Positions 1 to 12,399 of a DNA stretch of 63,156 nucleotides are shown here, piece after piece; position 1 is the stretch's first letter; every line of letters begins with the position of its first letter. Location of the stretch: the NCBI RefSeq assembly GCF_006345805.1, contig NW_021831997.1:1-63156 (forward strand), given 5' to 3'. Origin of the DNA: Octopus sinensis. Lineage: Eukaryota. The translations under genes and the position numbers were made by a program. The notes under the pieces are model-generated. The model did no database searches. It was not told where the DNA came from and was given only the letters and a program-made list of their open reading frames with translations.

Positions 1-280
1 GTACACAACCTGTCTTCGTCTTTTTTTTTTTCGTAAACTCTCCCTATATATATATATATATATACATATATATTTTTCCAATACCTGTTACACATATACC
101 AACATCAGACCACTACTTTTCTCGACCACTTGAAGCCCAACTTTATAGTAATAACAATCAACTCCTGTCAGTCAAATTCAAAAAGGCTGACGACAAGTAT
201 CACGTTTGAACATCCAGAGAACCGAAGAATTTGAATCAAACTGTTTTCATCCATACATACATACATATAGTATATGTAAA

Positions 281-313
<33 letters not shown>

Positions 314-348
314 GTATATATATATATATATAATATATATAATATATA

Positions 349-996
349 CTAGCAGTATAACCGGCCTGCCCGGGATTAAGTTACGATTGTTAAGCTAATC
401 AAGTTCTTATTTCAAACCAAACTAAGTAATATCGACTCTCAACAAAACACACTTTTTACTCGGCGGCGTAAAATAAAAAACAAAGCTCTTTCACACCCAA
501 AGTAATGTGTGTGAGAGAGAGAGAAGGGAGGAGAAATATGAACGATTTAAAATAAATGATTTAAAATAAATATATTGTAATTGTTGTGTGAGAAAGTATA
601 TATATACTATGATTATAAAATATAGTGTCTTTCAAAAACATAAACAAATCATTTTACATTTTATTTTTTATGAACGTCGTCACTTACTTTCTCTCTCTCT
701 CCCTCTCTCACTTTGTATTTCCCGTGAAACTCTCTGCCTCCTACTTCCACTTTTCTTTATCTTGTTTTTGTTTGTTAGACGCCGTCAAAAAAGCTATGGC
801 TGAATTTTTTTATGGCTAAAAGCTATGGTTGAAAATAGATTTTTACGCTATCCGCGGGTGCCTCGGGAAAAAATAAGCTGACAAAACCCAGATAGGGTGT
901 TGACGAATGTCCTCCTAAGATTTGAGCCACATGCGTGCGAATTTGTGGATGTGCATAAATTACAATCACGTACACACACATCATGCGTTTTATAGA
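349..996 (-). mobile_element. Non-autonomous Helitron-like element
   Basis: On the minus strand it starts a|TC (996) and ends CTAG|t (349), i.e. an AT target with no TSD. GC-rich subterminal hairpin-like motif at about 360-374. Confidence 0.6.
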
Positions 997-1158
997 TATG
1001 ATATCAGGTAATTAAGAATAAAATGTCCGATTTTCTTATGCACCGAGTTTGACAGTCGTTAACTTCGGACGTCATCGATAGTGGGGAGGCAAACACGTCA
1101 AACAAATATATACATATGTATATATTATATATAATTATATATTATATATATATATATA

Positions 1159-1190
<32 letters not shown>

Positions 1191-1192
<2 letters not shown>

Positions 1193-1353
1193 ACGGGCTT
1201 CTTTTAGTTTCAGTCTACCAAATCCACTCGCAAGACTTTCATCGGCCCGAGGCTATAGCAGAAGACACTTGCTCAAGGTGCCACATAGTGGGGCTAAACC
1301 CGGAACCACGGGGCTGGGAGGCAAGCTTTTTACCCACAGCCACTCCCGCGCCT
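1191..1353 (-). mobile_element. SINE family A, 5' half
   Basis: Reverse complement of the tRNA-like head and central domain seen in full copies (e.g. 11304-11724). Confidence 0.8.
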
Positions 1354-1746
1354 TTATGTATGTGTGTGCTTGTGTGTGTGTGCGTGTCTGTATAAATAAT
1401 GTTGATGGCTTATTGGCAATTTAAAACCTATAGGCAAATTTATATACATCACTAAAGTAACAAGGGTACACAGTGGTACCGGCATTGCTAGAAATAAGAG
1501 CCAAAACAACTCATTAGCCACAGAAGGCACTATCTTAGTAAGTTGACGAGGGAAACGATGCTCACTACTGTAGTTAGACAAATTTCCATAATGAAGTACT
1601 AAATATACCCATTTTATGTGATTTCAAATCCTGATGCGTAGTATCTCAGTTCGCCCCTAGGGTTCAGCTCAACTTGTCTCATAAGAAAAACCGTTGAAAG
1701 CATGTGCTGTTTCAAAACGGCAGAAGTGTATATTATAAATAATATA

Positions 1747-2081
1747 CAGTGGCCGCCAAAATGTTCAGACGGGCATTGTTTTCGTCAGAAAAGTAGATAT
1801 AATTTTTTATCTAAGTTGTTTTATATTCTATAATTTTCGCAAACAATAAATACGATGTTATTTGTTATTGCCAGAGATTTTGGTGTAATTTGCAGTAAAT
1901 CACTAAATCATCCATAGCTTTTGTATTATTCCTCTCAAATTACACCAAAATCTCAGACAATAACAATTAATATAGTATTTATTGTCTGTGAAAATTATAG
2001 AATATAAAACTACTTTGATAAAAACTTATACTTACTTTTCTGACGAAAATAATGCCGTTCTGAACATTTTGGCCGCAACTG
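1747..2081. mobile_element. Tc1/mariner-type MITE, long hairpin
   Basis: TA|CAGTGGCCGCCAAAATGTTCAGA...TCTGAACATTTTGGCCGCAACTG. About 140-bp imperfect inverted arms with CAGT ends. Confidence 0.8.
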
Positions 2082-2139
2082 CAGGTGGCTTATTGGCAAT
2101 TTAAAACCTAAAGGTAAATTTATGAATTGACAAAGATAC

Positions 2140-2300
2140 AAAGTAGTATTAGCACCGCTAGAACAGAGGCATAGAGCATCGGGCTCACAATTATGAGATA
2201 GTGAGTTCGATTCCCTGACCGGGCTGTGTGCTGTGTTCTTGAGCAAGACACTTTATTTCTCGTTGCTCCAGTTCACTCAGCTGTAGAAATTGAGTTGCGA
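2140..2300 (+). mobile_element. SINE family D (CORE-like), degenerate
   Basis: B-box-like gagttcgattccc followed by cttgagcaagacactttatttc...gttgctccag. Confidence 0.6.
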
Positions 2301-2704
2301 CGTCAATGAGGGCAAGCTGTTTAGCCTTTGTCTTTCCCCCTGGTATGTATGGGCATTTCCCTTTCATTCTTTCGGGGTCGGTAAATTAAGTACCAGCTGC
2401 GTACCTGGAGTCGATATAATCGACTGGCCAACTCCCCCAAATTTCAGGCCTTGTGCCTTTAGTAGAAAGGATCATTATCACTATTATTAATGCGGCGAGC
2501 TTGCAGGATCTTTAGCCCACCGGCAAAATACTTAACGGCATTTCATCCGTCTTTAGGTTCTGAGTTCGAATTCAACCGCGGTCAACATGGCCTTTCATCC
2601 TTTCGGGGTAGATGTAATCAACTAGTCCTGCACCAAAAATTTTGGACCCTTGTGCCTTTTCTAAAAAGGATTATTATCAGTATTCATTTTGTCATCGTAT
2701 ACAA

Positions 2705-3127
2705 GGCGCAGGAGTGGCTGTGTGGTAAGTAGCTTGCTAACCAACCACACTGTTCCGGGCTCAGTCCCACTGCGTGGCACCTTGGGCGAGTGTCTTCTGC
2801 TATAGCCCGGGCCGACCAATGCCTTGTGAGTGGATTTGGTAGACGGAAACTGAAAGAAGCCTGTCGTATATATGTATATATATATATATATGTGTGTGTG
2901 TGTGCTTGTGTGTCTGTGTTTGTCCCCCTAACATTGCTTGACAACCGATGCTGGTATGTTTACGTCCCCGTCACTTAGCGGTTCGGCAAAAGAGACCGAT
3001 AGAATAAGTACTGGGCTTACAAAGAATAAGTCCCGGGGTCGAGTTGCTCGACTAAAGGCGGTGCTCCAGCATGGCCGCAGTCTAAATGACTGAAACAAGT
3101 AAAAGAGTAAAAGAGTAAAAGAGTAAG
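2705..3127 (+). mobile_element. SINE family A, full length
   Basis: tRNA-like A/B boxes (TGGCTGTGTGG, GGxTCAGTCCC), internal (TA)n(TG)n, tail ggcggtgctccagcatggccgcagt...(aaagagta)n. Confidence 0.9.
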
Positions 3128-3179
3128 TACATGTGTATTCATCATCATTCTATTTATTTCATTCAGTTTTAGAAAAATT

Positions 3180-3600
3180 GAAGCATATCTTTGACACTTC
3201 CGGAGCATATTGAACTCGTTCCTCTTTCTCTCTCTGGTCGTGATGGTGCAACCTATAGAACCGTCGCCGACACATTCAGCCAAGAGCATCCTAGAAGAGC
3301 CATATTGCATACAACATTTGGTCGATTAATCTAAAAAATTTCATGCAAGAGGCAGTGCGCATGACAACTTTCGAAGCAGCTGCCTGTGATGTCAAACGAG
3401 ACACGAGCATATGTCATAAACGAGCTTCAGACAAAAAAAAAGAAATCCAAAGAAATCAGTGCGAAGTTTGTCGCAGAAAATTGGTGTTTCTCGTACAACA
3501 ACGCGACGAATAATAACAGCTGCAGACGGTGAACATTTTGAACATCGTAATCATATTTTTGACATTGTAATTTATCAACTTGTAGTTAAATAGAAGTGTG
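3180..3600 (+). mobile_element. Internally deleted Tc1/mariner (IS630-like, DUF4817-type N-terminus) transposase remnant
   Basis: Frameshifted translation LTLPEHIELV...RTVADTFSQEHPRR...KFHARGSAHD...NPKKSVRSLSQKIGVSRTTTRRII joined to a C-terminal-like GEHFEH. Confidence 0.65.
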
Positions 3601-3612
3601 CTTTAATATGTG

Positions 3613-3662
<50 letters not shown>

Positions 3663-3665
<3 letters not shown>

Positions 3666-4065
3666 GGGTGGTAAATAGCTTGCTAACCAACCACATGGTT
3701 CCGGGTTCAGTCCCACTGCATGGCATCTTGGGCAAGTGTCTTCTGCTATAGCCCCGGGCCGACCAATGCCTTGTGAGTAGATTTGGTAGACGGAAACTGA
3801 AAGAGCCCTGTCGTATATATGTATATATATATGTATGTATGTATGTGTTTGCGTGTCTGTGTTTGTCCCCCTAGCATTGCTTGACAACCGATGCTGGTGT
3901 GTTTACGTCCCCGTAACTTAGCGGTTCGGTAAAAGAGGCCGATAGAATAAGTACTGGGCTTACAAAGAATAAGTCCCGGGTCGATTTGCTCGACTAAAGG
4001 CGGTGCTCAGCATGGCGCAGTCAAATGACTGAAACAAGTAAAAGAGTAAAAGAGAGTAAAGAGTA
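3663..4065 (+). mobile_element. SINE family A, head truncated
   Basis: Same central and tail sequence as 2705-3127. Confidence 0.88.
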
Positions 4066-4147
4066 TAATATTATATATATATATAATATATATATATATA
4101 TAATTCTTATATATAATATATATATATGTAATATATATATATATATA

Positions 4148-4226
<79 letters not shown>

Positions 4227-4310
4227 TAATATACATATTCATATACACACTCATATACATATATATATATACATATTCACACACACACACACACACACAC
4301 ATATAAATAT

Positions 4311-4364
<54 letters not shown>

Positions 4365-4420
4365 TGTATGTATGGTGTATGTATGTATGTATGTAGTAAA
4401 TGGAAGTAAGCTCAGAGAAC

Positions 4421-4496
4421 GACCCTTCATTAGTTGTCGATTGTCTATCTACTCCTCATTTCGAGCATTCAAAAACAATATGAGGCTTCAATGACA
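4421..4496 (-). ncRNA. Decayed hammerhead-like motif with non-standard strand order (core CUAAUGA)
   Basis: Minus strand: CCUCAU-A-UUGUU...GCUC-GAA-AUGAGG...GACAA-CUAAUGA-AGGGU. Folded by eye. Confidence 0.4.
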
Positions 4497-4770
4497 GTTG
4501 CTCCCATAAATTCTGAAATAAAATTTAGGATTTAATGAGGGTCAAAGTTGCGAACACAAACAGGACGGTGGAGACATACAAGGAAACCGAACGAAATCAT
4601 ACATGGAGGGTTAGGGTTAGGGTTAGATAAAAGATAGCTTAAACTATGCTCTAAATGGAGGTGTAGTCAAATCCTATTTTATGGACTCAACCATGTTCTA
4701 AAATAAGTCGAAAGGTAGGCTTCTATAAATCGGCACGAACTTTTCGGACAGTGCAATAGTATACAATAAC

Positions 4771-5003
4771 TATTTCTTTACTACCCACAAGGGGCTAAAC
4801 ACAGAGGGGACAAACAAGGACAGGCAAACGGATTAAATCGATTACATCGACCCCAGTGCGTAACTGGTACTTAATTTATCGACCCCCAAAGGATGAAAGG
4901 CAAAGTCGACCTCGGCGGAATTTGAACTCAGAACGTAACGGCAGACGAAATACAGCTACGCATTTCGCCCGGCGTGCTAACGTTTCTGCCAGCTCGCCGC
5001 CTT
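4771..5003 (-). mobile_element. SINE family B (Meta-domain-like)
   Basis: Head ggcggcgagctggcagaaacgttagc, central gcctttcatcctttcggggtcgataaattaagtaccag. Flanking repeat aatagtatacaata acts as TSD. Confidence 0.9.
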
Positions 5004-5544
5004 AATAGTATACAATAGTATACAATCGGTGCCCCAGCATGGCCTCAGCCGGATGGCTGAAACAAGTAAAAGAGTAAAAGAGTAAATAACGCTTCACGAT
5101 GGTGTCACAGCATGGCCACAGTTAGTTACTAAACATGAACAAATTGAGCTTAGAATTTATTTTCGAATTATGTGCATATCGATTAAATATATTTAAAAAA
5201 TGTAGGGTATCCATATCATGAAAATTATAATATAGTCAACGAAGTTGGATTATAAAATTGAGAAAGAAAATTATATGGAGCGAGATATTTTGTTGAGATA
5301 TGGAATAGTCTGATTACGTTGAAAACCGTATGGTAGTCTATGCAAAAAATAAGAAGATAAATAGAATTTAAAAGAAAAAATTAATTAAAGGGAAAAGTGA
5401 AAAGTAGGTTTAGAAATGAAATTCTATTATAGGATTTATAATAGGAATATATATATAACATTGATAAAACTGTATGTATGTGTGTGTGTTTGTGGTTGTG
5501 TGTGTGTGTGTCTGTGTGTGTGTGTCTCTATGTGTGTGTGTGTG

Positions 5545-5576
<32 letters not shown>

Positions 5577-6377
5577 CATTAATCGATTGGGTGAGTTGAT
5601 ATTACAAAAATCATAAACTGAAAGATAGATAGAGAAAGAGAGAGAGAGAGAGATTAAAATTGTAATATAATACGGTTGAACTTATAATACGATATAAACC
5701 TATATGATACTTAAACCAAAAATGTTTTATGGTTGTGTGGTGAAAAATTCGCTTCGCATTCGACTTCGTATGTTGTCATATTCTATAACTTAACAGTTAG
5801 ATGAAATATATAGTAATGCGATATTCTCAACTTTAAGTTTATCCCTCTAGATTTTCTATAGATTTCAGAGCCAGCGCTGCAAGTTTACGTTTTGTAAACG
5901 AACACGTCCATATAAACGATGCGATCGAAGACGGAAAGAAAATAGCCAATTCAATCGTGTTACACCGCTAAACCTAGTAGGTTTAAGCAATATATTCCTG
6001 GATGGATGTTGGATTTGATGTGATGCTGGTGCAAGAACGATAACTCTTGAAATATGCACATACATATTCATTTATAAAACGTTGTAATTTTGAGTGTTAA
6101 TTCCATAGAAAATCTGTACACATAAACTTAAAAGTAAGAATATCGCACTGCTAACACATGGTAGGAGACAATATTGACTTGTAAACTCCGTATTATACTT
6201 GGCAGTGTATTATTGTTGCAAAAAGAAATACTGTGTCCATGTCACCAATTAATATGTACGTACCAGTTGCCAGAAATGCGTTTAATATGTAAATTGGTCT
6301 ATCTTATTTTGTTACACCGCTAAACCTAGTGGATATTTAAGCAATGTGTCTGCGGATAGTTGACGGGGAGGATGTAG

Positions 6378-6808
6378 GGATCTTTTTGGTTTGAATGGCA
6401 TTTTTTCTAGCGGTGTCATAGGAAATTGTTACCCATAATTATGACCCTAGTTTCGATCTATTGCATTTCAATCTGTTTTAGGGTTAGGGTTAGTTAAGGT
6501 TAGGGTTAGGGGTGGGGGGAGGTATCTTCTTTTCTTCAGAAATGTAAATAAACCCAATCTGTTTCTTAAACAAGGGACATATTCATACGTCAGAGAATGT
6601 TTTTTTACCTCAATAGACGTCATTGATTGGTTGAAATTGCAGAAATTGAAGAAGAAAAACAACAAATATCTTACAAACTATAGAATTTTCTCAATAAAGC
6701 CAAGAGAAAAAGATGTTTTATAAACATATTCTACTAGTATACGCAGTTTAAAAGTGCTTAGTTACGTGGAAATTATTTTAAAAACTGCCGTTCAAACCGA
6801 AAAGATCC
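6378..6808. mobile_element. MITE with GG-initiating TIRs and 8-bp TSD (Merlin-like)
   Basis: TIRs GGATCTTTTTGGTTTGAATGGCA / TGCCGTTCAAACCGAAAAGATCC. GGATGTAG duplicated at 6370-6377 and 6809-6816. Confidence 0.8.
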
Positions 6809-7328
6809 GGATGTAGTACTGATGGGTGGCTGTAGAACAATAACTTTTGAAATATGTATATACTCTTATTACCTACTTTTCCATCTTCGATGGCATTGTT
6901 TACACATTCGTTTACGTGATTAATTACTCGAGAAGCGATCAATTACAGAGCTGCGTACATAAATGCAGACTAGTTAATATTTTATATCTGTTTTTATGAA
7001 GAAATGAACAATAATGTTTCTTTTATTTATATTATCTTTTTGTATTTCGCTTTAATATTTCACAAAGCCATTTACTTGTGAACAAATATAGTCTATGTTA
7101 TGACGTGCCTGTACACGTCGGGTGTAAAATAGTATTATCCAATTAAATATTTGGGTATGGTTATCTGAACTAACCTATTGCAGAATTATAATGTTCACAC
7201 AGAACACACTCCATACTACTAAAACGTAGGTACGATATTAAAACAACACACGTCGCACTGACACAGTAACCAAAACGGTCGAACTGCCGATGACAGTTCA
7301 CACAGGACTTTATTTATTGAAATCCATT

Positions 7329-7558
7329 AGCGACGAGCTGGCAGAAACGTTAGCGCGCCGGGCGAAATTCGTAGTCGTATTTCGTCTGCCGCTACGTTCT
7401 AAGTTCAAATTCCGCCGAGTTCGACTTTGCCTTTCATCCTTTCGGGGTCGATAAATTAAGTACCAGTAGAACATTGGGGTCGATGTAATCGACTTAATCC
7501 CTTTGTCTGTCCTTGTTTGTCCCCTCTATGTTTAACCCCTTGTGGGTAATAAAGAAAC
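7329..7558 (+). mobile_element. SINE family B
   Basis: Family consensus; TSD-like atttattgaaatccatta on both sides. Confidence 0.9.
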
Positions 7559-7581
7559 ATATTTATTGAAATCCATTATTC

Positions 7582-7865
7582 CCTTTTTTTCTTCAGAAAT
7601 GTAAATAAACCCAATCTGTTTCTTAAACGAGGGACATATTCATACGGCACAGAATGATTTTTACCTCAATAGACGTATTTGATTGGTTGAAATTGCAGAA
7701 ATTGAAGAAAAAAAAACAGCAAATATCTTACAAACTATTGAATTTTCTCAATAAAGCCAAGAGAAAAAGATGTTTTATAAACACATTCTACCAGTATGCG
7801 AAGTTTTAAATTTTTTAGTTACCTAGAAATTATGTTAAAAACTGCCGTTCGAACCGAAAAGATCC
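7582..7865. mobile_element. 3' portion of the 6378-6808 MITE family
   Basis: Closely matches about 6525-6808 and ends in the same TIR (...CCGAAAAGATCC). Confidence 0.8.
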
Positions 7866-8486
7866 AGGCTTTATGCCTATAATAAAGAAAAATACATACA
7901 TATATCAGAATGATTAAAAGCTATTTTGACCTCGATGACAAGTTGAACTCTAGCTCACAGCATTCCATCTCTAATACGTTAGCAATTTAAAATCTAAATA
8001 TTTTAAACCTGTTCCCACAGTTCGGCTCCTGAAGAGGTGGCAAGCATTAACCAAAATGACTGGTTGTAGTTACCGTATGATCCTGATTAACTTATTCTTT
8101 GGTTGTGCGATTTCGTCTGAATTACTAAATAAATTAATGCAGCTATGACTTGCCAACGATAGACTCTCTGCGTGACCGCATGACACACCGAAAATAGCTA
8201 CCAAATCTCCCTCAAATTACACTAAGTTATCTTTTTAAATAACACATTTAGTGAAAAAGATGTGTCTGAAAATACAATTGCTGGTCGCCATTCAAATTTC
8301 TTTCATCACAGCTTTGTGCTCGGTTTGATCTGCAATAAAGCAACGACAACAACATCATGCACATCATGCTCATTATTTCCTTCTGGGTTGGTATCGTTGT
8401 AGTTGATATAGCCGTGACACAAACTGGAAATAGCAACCAAATCTTACTCAAAACAGACTACCGTCTTTCAATAAAATATAAATAAA

Positions 8487-8651
8487 GGCGTACGAGTGGC
8501 TGTGTGGTAAGTAGCTTGTTTACAAACCACATGGTTGCGGGTTCAGTCCCACTGCGTGGCACCTTGGACAAGTGTCTTCTACTATAGCCTCGGGCCGACC
8601 AAAGCCTTGTGAATGGATTTTGTAGACAGAAACTTAAAGAAACCCGTCGTA

Positions 8652-8722
<71 letters not shown>

Positions 8723-8945
8723 GTATGTGTGTATATGTTTGTGTGTCTGCGTCTGTCCCCTCAACATCACTTGACAACCGATGCTGGTGTGTTTACGTCC
8801 CCGTAACTTAGCGGTACGGCAAAAGAGACCGATAGAATGAGTACAAGGCTTACAAAGAATAAGTTCTGGGGTCGATTTGCTTGACTAAAGGCGGTGCTCC
8901 AGCATGGCCACAGTCACATGACTGAAACAAGTAAAAAGTAAAAAG
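8487..8945 (+). mobile_element. SINE family A, full length
   Basis: Family head, internal (TA)n and tail. Confidence 0.9.
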
Positions 8946-9117
8946 GGCTCAGTGGCTTTTATTTATACCAACCAAACTATAACCACCAATCGCAAGTGAC
9001 ATGACTTGACAGCATTTACCACGCTTTAAGTGGATATGTTGTCGCCCTCAAATGTTGAAATCCTTTTGCTCCATTCACCTTTGACACTAGTGAACATTGA
9101 AAGAAGATCCCGTAATA

Positions 9118-9527
9118 TATTTCTTTACTACCCACAAGGGGCTAAACACAGAGGGGACAAACAAGGACAGACAAAGGGATTAAGTCGATTATATCGACCC
9201 CAGTGCGTAACTGGTACTTAATTTATCGACCCCAAAAGGATGGAAGGCAAAGTCGAGCTCGGCGGAATTTGAACTCGGAACGTAACAACAGACGAAATAC
9301 GTATTTCTTTATTACCCACAAGGGGCTAAACACAGAGGAGACAAACAAGAACAGACATAGGTATTAAGTGGATTACATCGACCCCAGTGCGTAACTGGTA
9401 CTTAATTTATCGACCCCGAAAGGATGAAAGGATGAAAGGCAAAGTCGACCTCGACGTAATTTGAACTCGGAACGTAACAACAGACGAAATACGGCTACAC
9501 ATTTCGCCCGGCGTGCTAACGTTTCTG
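9118..9527 (-). mobile_element. SINE family B head-to-tail dimer
   Basis: Two units joined at aaagaaatac|gtatttcgtc. Confidence 0.88.
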
Positions 9528-9783
9528 CCCTGCTAAAGATAAGGTTGCACCAGCACTCGTCTGGTAATCATTTTCAGCAGAACGGACCGGAGCAACTGAA
9601 AAAGGAAATGCCTCGATCCTGTGTATGAAGAACCACCTGCATGAAAAATCGAACCCACGACCTTTATGATTGTCAGCCCAACACTCGAGCCGTTAAGCAA
9701 TGCGTCTATACTAGAGATATACTGTGTTTGAAAATAAGACGAATGGTCACGGCTGGAATGTTTTTGATGGTAGGTCCGCTTAC

Positions 9784-9858
9784 CTAGTTCTAAAACATCA
9801 GCAACTACTACGATGGCGGTGACTATAAGATTAGGGATTCGCATGTCCGATTGTCAAC
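9784..9858 (-). other. Candidate spliced exon, possibly a signal-peptide-like start (MRIPNLIVTAIVVVADVLEL)
   Basis: Acceptor tttctttcag| and donor G|gtaagc, 75 nt, only open from an internal ATG, phase-1 end. No homology recognised and no matching downstream exon found. Confidence 0.2.
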
Positions 9859-10220
9859 CTGAAAGAAACCGTCAGAAAAGAACTGAATGCCAACTAACAT
9901 AGTTTGGGTCCGAAAAACTATCATATATACATCGCTTTCGAACTACTTGGCTCAGCTTCGTTAATATCAAATTTGCAGACGGAATCATGGTAATGTGGTT
10001 AAGAAGCTCATTTAGCTACTTTGTGGTTTCGGAATCAGTTTCACTGCGCGGCACTATGGGCAAGCATCTTCTATCATAACCTCGTGCCGACCACTGCTTT
10101 GTGAATGAATTTGAGACGCGCAATTTGTGTGGAAGTCCGTCGCATGGAATAGTTTTGGTTTTATCGTGCTAGTCTACCTTCGTGAGCTTCTACATGGTCT
10201 CTAAAGCTATAGACATAGCG

Positions 10221-10518
10221 TGGAGGCACATGGCCTAGTGGTTAGAGCAACGGACTCGTGGTGGAAGGTTCGCGGGTTCGAATCTCAGACCGGGCGATGT
10301 GTGTGTTTATGAGAGAAACAGCTAAGCTCCACGCGGCTTCCGGCAGAAGGTAATGGCGAAACTTCTGCTGACTCTTTCGCCACAACTTTCTCTCACTCTT
10401 TCCTCCGGCATCTTGCAGCTCACCAGCGACGGACCGGCGTCCCGTCCAGGTGGGGAACCTATACGCCAAGAAACCGGGAAACCGGCCCTTATGAGCCAGG
10501 CATGGGTTGAGAAGGAAC
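10221..10518 (+). mobile_element. SINE family C' (tRNA-Arg-like head, V-domain-like middle)
   Basis: TGGCCTAGTGG A box, GGTTCGAATC B box, gcgacggaccggcgtcccgtccagg segment. Confidence 0.88.
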
Positions 10519-10525
10519 ATATATA

Positions 10526-10924
10526 TACTCTTTTACTTGCTTCAGTCATTTGACTGCGGCCATGCTGGAGCACCGCCTTTAGTCGAGCAGATCGACCCCG
10601 GGACTTATTCTTTGTAAGCCCAGTACTTATTCTATCGGTCTCTTTTGCCGAACCGCTAAGTGACGGGGACATAAACACACCAGCATCGGTTGTCAAACAA
10701 TTCTAGGAGGACAAACACAGACACACAGACATACACGCACACACATATATATACATATATACGACGGGCTTCTTTCAGTTTCCGTCTACCGAATCCACTC
10801 ACAAGGCTTTGGTCAACCCGAGGCTATAGTAGAAGACACTTTCCCAAGGTGCCAAGCAGTGGGACTGAACCCGGAACCATGTGGTTGTTAAGCAAGCTAC
10901 TTACCACACAGCCACTCCTGCACC
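10526..10924 (-). mobile_element. SINE family A, full length
   Basis: Reverse complement of the family consensus. Confidence 0.9.
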
Positions 10925-11303
10925 TGTATATATACAGAGAGAGACATAGCAATCAAGCCTCGAGCATTGTTAGAAGCTTTCGTTATTTCTCATTTCATTC
11001 ATTATTCTACATATACTATTATCATACTATTATAAAGCAGCCACATCTGTCGTTTTTCATATCATTAAGAGAGAACATGGTCAAGACGAGAAAGATAATC
11101 GATCATAGGTTTGCTGGATCATGGATCAGGACTGACTTCGAACTAAACATAATTGCTACTAATTATATCCTTATCGCCAACAGCACACTTCACAACAAGG
11201 GCCTCGATGGCTTCATCGATTCTGCGGAAACAGCAGCCAGGGATTAGCCAAATTACAACCTACTATCTGGCAAAAATGAAGAACGAAATGAAAATGAAAA
11301 ATA

Positions 11304-11724
11304 GGCGCAGGAGTGGCTGTGTGGTAAGTAGCTCGTTTACCAACCACATGGTTCCGGGTTCAGTCCCACTGCGTGGCACCTTGGGCAAGTGTCTTCTACT
11401 ATAGCCTCGGGCCGATCAAAGCCTTGTCAGTGGATTTGGTAGACGGAAACTGAAAGAAGCCCGTTGTATATATGTATATATATATATATATATATGCGTG
11501 TGTGTGTTTGTGTGTCTGTGTTTGTCCCCCTAGCATTGCTTGACAACCGATGCTGGTGTGTTTACGTCCCCGTTACTTAGCGGTTCGGCAAAAGAGACCG
11601 ATAGAATAAGTACTGGACTTACAAAAGAATAAGTCCCGGGGTCGAGTTACTCGATTAAAATGTGGTGCTCCAGCATGGCCGCAGTCAAATGACTGAAACA
11701 AGTAAAAGAGTAAAGAGTAAGAGT
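11304..11724 (+). mobile_element. SINE family A, full length
   Basis: Family consensus. Confidence 0.9.
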
Positions 11725-12253
11725 TACGGTGCATATCAAACAACATAATCTTGTTAATCCACAATGTGTGAAAATAAGGTGGCATAGTCAGGAGTCGAGC
11801 GCATTTAAGCGAAAGGTTTGTATAGTCACGGCTGACCAAAATCAAAAGAACGAAAGCAAAAACGACACTCCAAACACGGCGACTACGACGCAGACCATAC
11901 AAGAAATATTATTCAGATCAGCAGTATGACAATCACTAACGACATCACAATTATAAGCACCATAATACCAGCACCACTAAAATCAAAACCAACATCAAAA
12001 ATAACCAACTATAACAGAATTACGCGGCATGTATATAACTATCACGTCTGTTGAATACAGATTATATCAAATCAATTAAGATATATGGCTGAGAGCTATT
12101 TACATTGGAGTCTTCAATCTCATCTAATTGACATCGTACCGTGGAAAGGAGTGGGTTCTCTCTTGACAGCAGCACATTTGACGTTTTCCTAAATTGAATA
12201 GAATGGAATAGAATATTCTGCCTTTTATAATTGAGAAATATCAAACTGTGCTC

Positions 12254-12293
<40 letters not shown>

Positions 12294-12399
12294 TACAATA
12301 GAAATATTAAAATTACTAAGTGTCTCTAGTATGGCGATAAATATTAATATATATATAATATTATATGTACGTATGTTTGTATGTTTATGTATATATATA

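Noticed and set aside
185-230. CUGACGA match; also CUGAAGA at about 8029 and CUGAUGA at about 41437
   Set aside because: No compatible stems or GAAA in any strand order.
1354-1581. Hydrophobic ORF resembling a Cys-loop receptor M1 helix
   Set aside because: Pro spacing does not fit, no M2 follows, and there are no splice sites.
4607-4626. (TTAGGG)3 as telomere or interstitial telomere
   Set aside because: Too short and embedded in repeat elements.
10690-11247. 185-aa ORF
   Set aside because: The first half is antisense SINE A and the remainder has no recognisable motif.
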